Below are positions 60,379-64,000 of a stretch of DNA of 64,000 nt, piece by piece (the first letter of the stretch is position 1; each line of letters starts with the position of its first letter). The notes below the pieces were generated by a model. The model searched no databases and was not told where the DNA came from. It saw only the letters and a list, made by a program, of their open reading frames with translations. The stretch comes from Felis catus (taxonomy: Eukaryota): assembly GCF_018350175.1 (NCBI RefSeq), contig NC_058368.1:174780001-174844000 (forward strand), written 5' to 3'. A program made the position numbers and the translations under genes.

Positions 60379-61159
60379 AGAGAGAGAAAAAAGAAAAAAA
60401 AGAGAGAGTGCATGGGTGACTTTAGGTATGAGAGGGGTCCAAGTTCAAGTCTGATGCACCACCGGGCAGTCATTTTCTTAATCTGTAAGAAGGTAGTGAT
60501 AACACCTACCTCCCAGGGTGGTGGTGGAAGTTAGAAAATATACATAAAGTCCTTGATCCATCACGGGGCATCAGTTCCTTCTTTACGCTTCTAGGACCAG
60601 GCTGTCATTTTCAGGAACAAATCAAAAGATAGGTGCTCTCTCTCTGAACTTCCAAAGGGCCCTGCTGACACACAGGAGCCTCCTCCTATCCGAGTTCGTT
60701 ATTAGGGACTGTCCGGCTGGGTTCGCAGAGGGAGGCGCAGGCCATTATATCCTGGAAACCTTCATTCACGAATTGGTCACTTATAAAACGGACTCCTGCT
60801 CAGATGTGGCCTCCCATGTAACACAAGCTCTCTCAGAGCCCAAAGGGTCATCTCAGCCGACTGTCCCATGAAAAGCCAGAGGGCTGCAGGAGGTCTAAGT
60901 GAGTGGCGTTGGAAGCAGTTTCCACCACTCAGCGAGGCTTCGGCAAGCAGGGCTGAGGCGGAGCTAGAACAGCTTACAGCGACAAAGAGATCTTTCGAAA
61001 CGATAACACTTCAAAAGAGAATAAGAGTGAATAGCAGCAGAGTAAAAATGACACTTCTAGGAAAACAGATGAAACCTTCAAATATTTTTACCAAACAGAT
61101 CCTCTCTATGATGCATTATGAACCTGACAGATGCTGGAATCCAACATCATTCTTTAGGT

Positions 61160-61377
61160 TTAAAAAAAAATTTTTTTTAATCTTTATTTGTGTTTGAGAG
61201 AGAGACAGCATGTGAGCAGGGGAAGAGCAGAGAGAAAGGGAGACACAGAATCCAAAGCAGGCTCCGGGCTCGGAGCTGTCGGCACACAGCCTGACGTGGG
61301 GCTTGAACTCACAAACTGTGAGATCATGACCCCAGCCGAAGTCGGACGCTCAACCGACTGAGCCACCCAGGTGCCCC
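61160..61377 (-). mobile_element. Can-SINE
   Basis: Reverse body abutting the next SINE. Confidence 0.95.
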
Positions 61378-61560
61378 TAATGTTTATTTATTTTTGAGGC
61401 GGGGGAGGGGCAGAGAGAGAGGGAGACACAGAATCCGAAGCGGGTTCCAGGCTCTGAGCTGTCAGCACAGAGCCCGACGCGGGGCTCGAACTCACAGACG
61501 GCGAGATCATGACCTGAGCCGAAGTCAGACGCTTAAGCGACTGAGTCACCTCGGCGCCCC
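61378..61560 (-). mobile_element. Can-SINE
   Basis: Reverse body; the outer TSD cattctttagg brackets both copies. Confidence 0.95.
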
Positions 61561-61789
61561 CATTCTTTAGGCTTTAGAATGTGCACTTTGAGGCAGTAAT
61601 AATGTATATGTTGTAGAGGTAAGATTTTCCAAAATCTATTTCGACTTTTTCATTTCTAAGATAGAGCCCAAGTCACCATCTCTGTTTTGCTATATTTGCT
61701 ATGAAATTCTAGTTCCTTATTTTAAAGCATCCACGTAAATGGCCTTCATCTGCTACAACTTATTCTGGAAAAAATGAGAAACCTGTTTT

Positions 61790-62205
61790 TCCTTATCCTG
61801 GTTTCTGACTTGCTGTTCCCTCTGCCTGGCAGGCTCCCTCGCCCTCCACCTCCCACCCCGACATCCCCGTGACTCACTTCTTCAGGTAGCGGTCTTCTGG
61901 GACCTCCCCATGTCCAAAAGCCTCCTGTGCACAAACGCACACCCTCCTATCACCCACACCACATGGTCACATGACCCTCACCCACATATCTATTCCTCTA
62001 TCCCCTTATCCTGAGTTTTCTCTGCCTAACATTTATCATCCCCTGGCATGTTGAATGCACTTTTTTTTTTCCAATTACTTGTCTGTTATCTGTCACAAGA
62101 TCAGGGACCTCATATCTATTTAGTTCACTATTTTGTCTCCAGTAATGAGTATATGGAGGAAGCCTTCAATATGCGTGGGATGGATGGACGGATGGATGGA
62201 TGGGA
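61790..62205 (+). mobile_element. L2 3' end
   Basis: cttgctgttccctctgcctgg..cagggacctcatatctatttagttcact..tcaatatgcgtgggatggatgga. Confidence 0.65.
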
Positions 62206-63089
62206 GTTTTCAGGGAGCCAGCACTCAGGTTTTCCACAAACACCTGCTGGGCTGGAATAAAGCCCCAGGAGAGTCCTCCAAATTCCCAACGTATGGGTGT
62301 CTTCAAAGCCCCAGTCCCAAACTCTGACATCTGCCGAGGGGGCAGCCCCAGGACGCGGGCCTGCGGATTTTGCCACGCGCAATCCGCGTTGTAAACCAAA
62401 ACAAAGGAACACACAACGCCCTGGAAACTCTCAAACTAAGGCTCTGCCCTGCGGGCCTGGAGGGTGTGGACCTCAGTGAGAGGCAGAGGCCGCAGGAGGG
62501 AGCACAGGGTGACGTCGGTAGCCGCTCGCCCGGAGCACAAAGTTCTTAACGTTGGCGCTCCGCTCCAGATTTATTAAAAATGCCAATCTAACGAGCCTGC
62601 GTGGCCAGCCCATGGAAAGTGGCGTGCTGTGTGTGACCGGCGCGGCTCCTAAATCAGTTCAAGATGTGTGGGGGCGGCGGATGGCAGGGCTGGGGCTGTG
62701 CTCCCTCCCTCCGCCGTCCCTTCGGGGGATGCTTATCAAGGGACATGGAAGGGCAGCCGGGGCGCTGCATGCATGCCCTGCGCTCCTGTCCTCTGCACGC
62801 ACCGAACCCTCCCCCGAGGGGGACACCAAGGGCCTGGCCCTTCCCCTGGAGACGACCCTTACTCCCCCGGGGGAGGACCCACGATGACCCTGACCCACGC
62901 GAAGCTCTTCCCCACGTGTCCTCCAGGAACCCTGCCTCAAACTTGTGCAAATCCTATCACCATCCCCGCTTCCAAAGAGGAGACCCGGCTCAAAGGGCTC
63001 GTGCCGGGCCAAGAATCCGCGGGATTGAGTGATGATGGCGCCAGGACACAAACCCAGGCGTGATCAACCCCAGGTTGGAAGTGAGGTCT

Positions 63090-63302
63090 TTTTTTTTTTT
63101 TTAAGTTTTTTAATTAAAATTTTTAATGTTTATTTTTGAGAGACAGAGAGACAGACAGAGTGCCAGTGGAGGAGGGGCAGAGAGAGCGGGAGGCACAGAA
63201 TCCCTAGCAGGCTCCAGGCTCTGAGCTGTACGCACAGAGCCCGACGCGGGCTCGAACCCACAGACCGCGAGACCCTGACCTGAGCCGAAGTGGGTTGCGC
63301 CC
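63090..63302 (-). mobile_element. Can-SINE with deletion in the tRNA head
   Basis: gccgaagtgg runs straight into gttgcgccc; degenerate TSD tggaa(g/a)tga..tctttt. Confidence 0.92.
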
Positions 63303-64000
63303 TGGAAATGAACTCTTTTAAACCCAACCTGCAGGTAGACAAGGGCCATGTGTGGTTTGAGGACTAGCCTGAGATACTACCCCCCCCCCCTCCTGTGGCG
63401 TAGTGGTGACAGGGAGGCCGCGTCGGTGGGGGAAGGGCCACCTCGCTCCACCCGCATCCCCACCTGGGTCCCCAACCCAGGGTAGGAGGGAGCATCCTCA
63501 CTTGTGGTTATGAGGGCCCACTTAATGCCTGGCCCAGGAGCAGCTCTCAAATAAATGTTTGCAATTATTATTACAAATAGAGACTAGTTATTCCTCTCCT
63601 GCAAGAATGCAGGAGAGATACAAGGAAATGTGATGATGCAAAGGGTGTGAACCGTGAAATGTCAGCTCAGCGTCTCAGGGAGGTCACCCGCTCTGTGGGT
63701 CCCTTGGCTTCTGAACTGTGCGATGTTCCACGGTTCCAACTGGGCACTTCCACCTGGGGGTCCCCCACGACAGCGCTTTAGTCACTCTTCAATTTACCTT
63801 CGCCAGCGCCCAGCGCACTGCACTTGCCCACACGGGGACAGACCGCGGTCACTTGTTCTACCTCGACCGTACCGAGCCCATTTGCTGAGCCGTCCCGTCC
63901 AGCTGGCCCAGCGGCCCTGTGAGCGGGTGCTGCGATCATCCCCGTTTTAGAGAAGGAGTCGAAGACCCAGCGATGGTAAGGGACTCGCTCAGTAACGAAC

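Noticed and set aside
3354..63349. Recurrent ORFs containing GAWVAQSV..SLEPASDSVSPSLSAPP or ETEHERGRGRERGRHR
   Set aside because: Can-SINE translations, not a protein family.

Overview
Mammalian, felid-type genomic DNA: 37 tRNA-derived Can-SINEs of the cat/SINEC_Fc type sit in a matrix of ancient MIR, L2, L1M, MaLR/ERVL LTRs and hAT DNA transposons. I recognise no host protein-coding gene; almost all ORFs in the track derive from SINEs, old repeats or low-complexity DNA. The main coding-derived element is a class I (ERV3/HERV-E-like) endogenous retrovirus at about 16400-20700 (+). It has no 5' LTR, about seven internal deletions and inactivated catalytic motifs, but keeps a PPT and 3' LTR. 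It also keeps an open 154-codon mini-env in which the Env leader/SU N-terminus is fused in frame to the C-terminal half of TM; this is the best candidate for something undescribed. Other notable items are a 1.1 kb (GTTGGT/GTTG)n array with a 494-bp higher-order period, an NF-kB/IRF motif cluster near 39.6 kb, a strong CTCF motif near 10.1 kb, and a CpG-rich promoter-like segment near 42.3 kb whose candidate first exon could splice in frame to a candidate exon at 56.1 kb (63-aa peptide). Repeat family names come from remembered consensus sequences, not from a search, and boundaries of old repeats are approximate.
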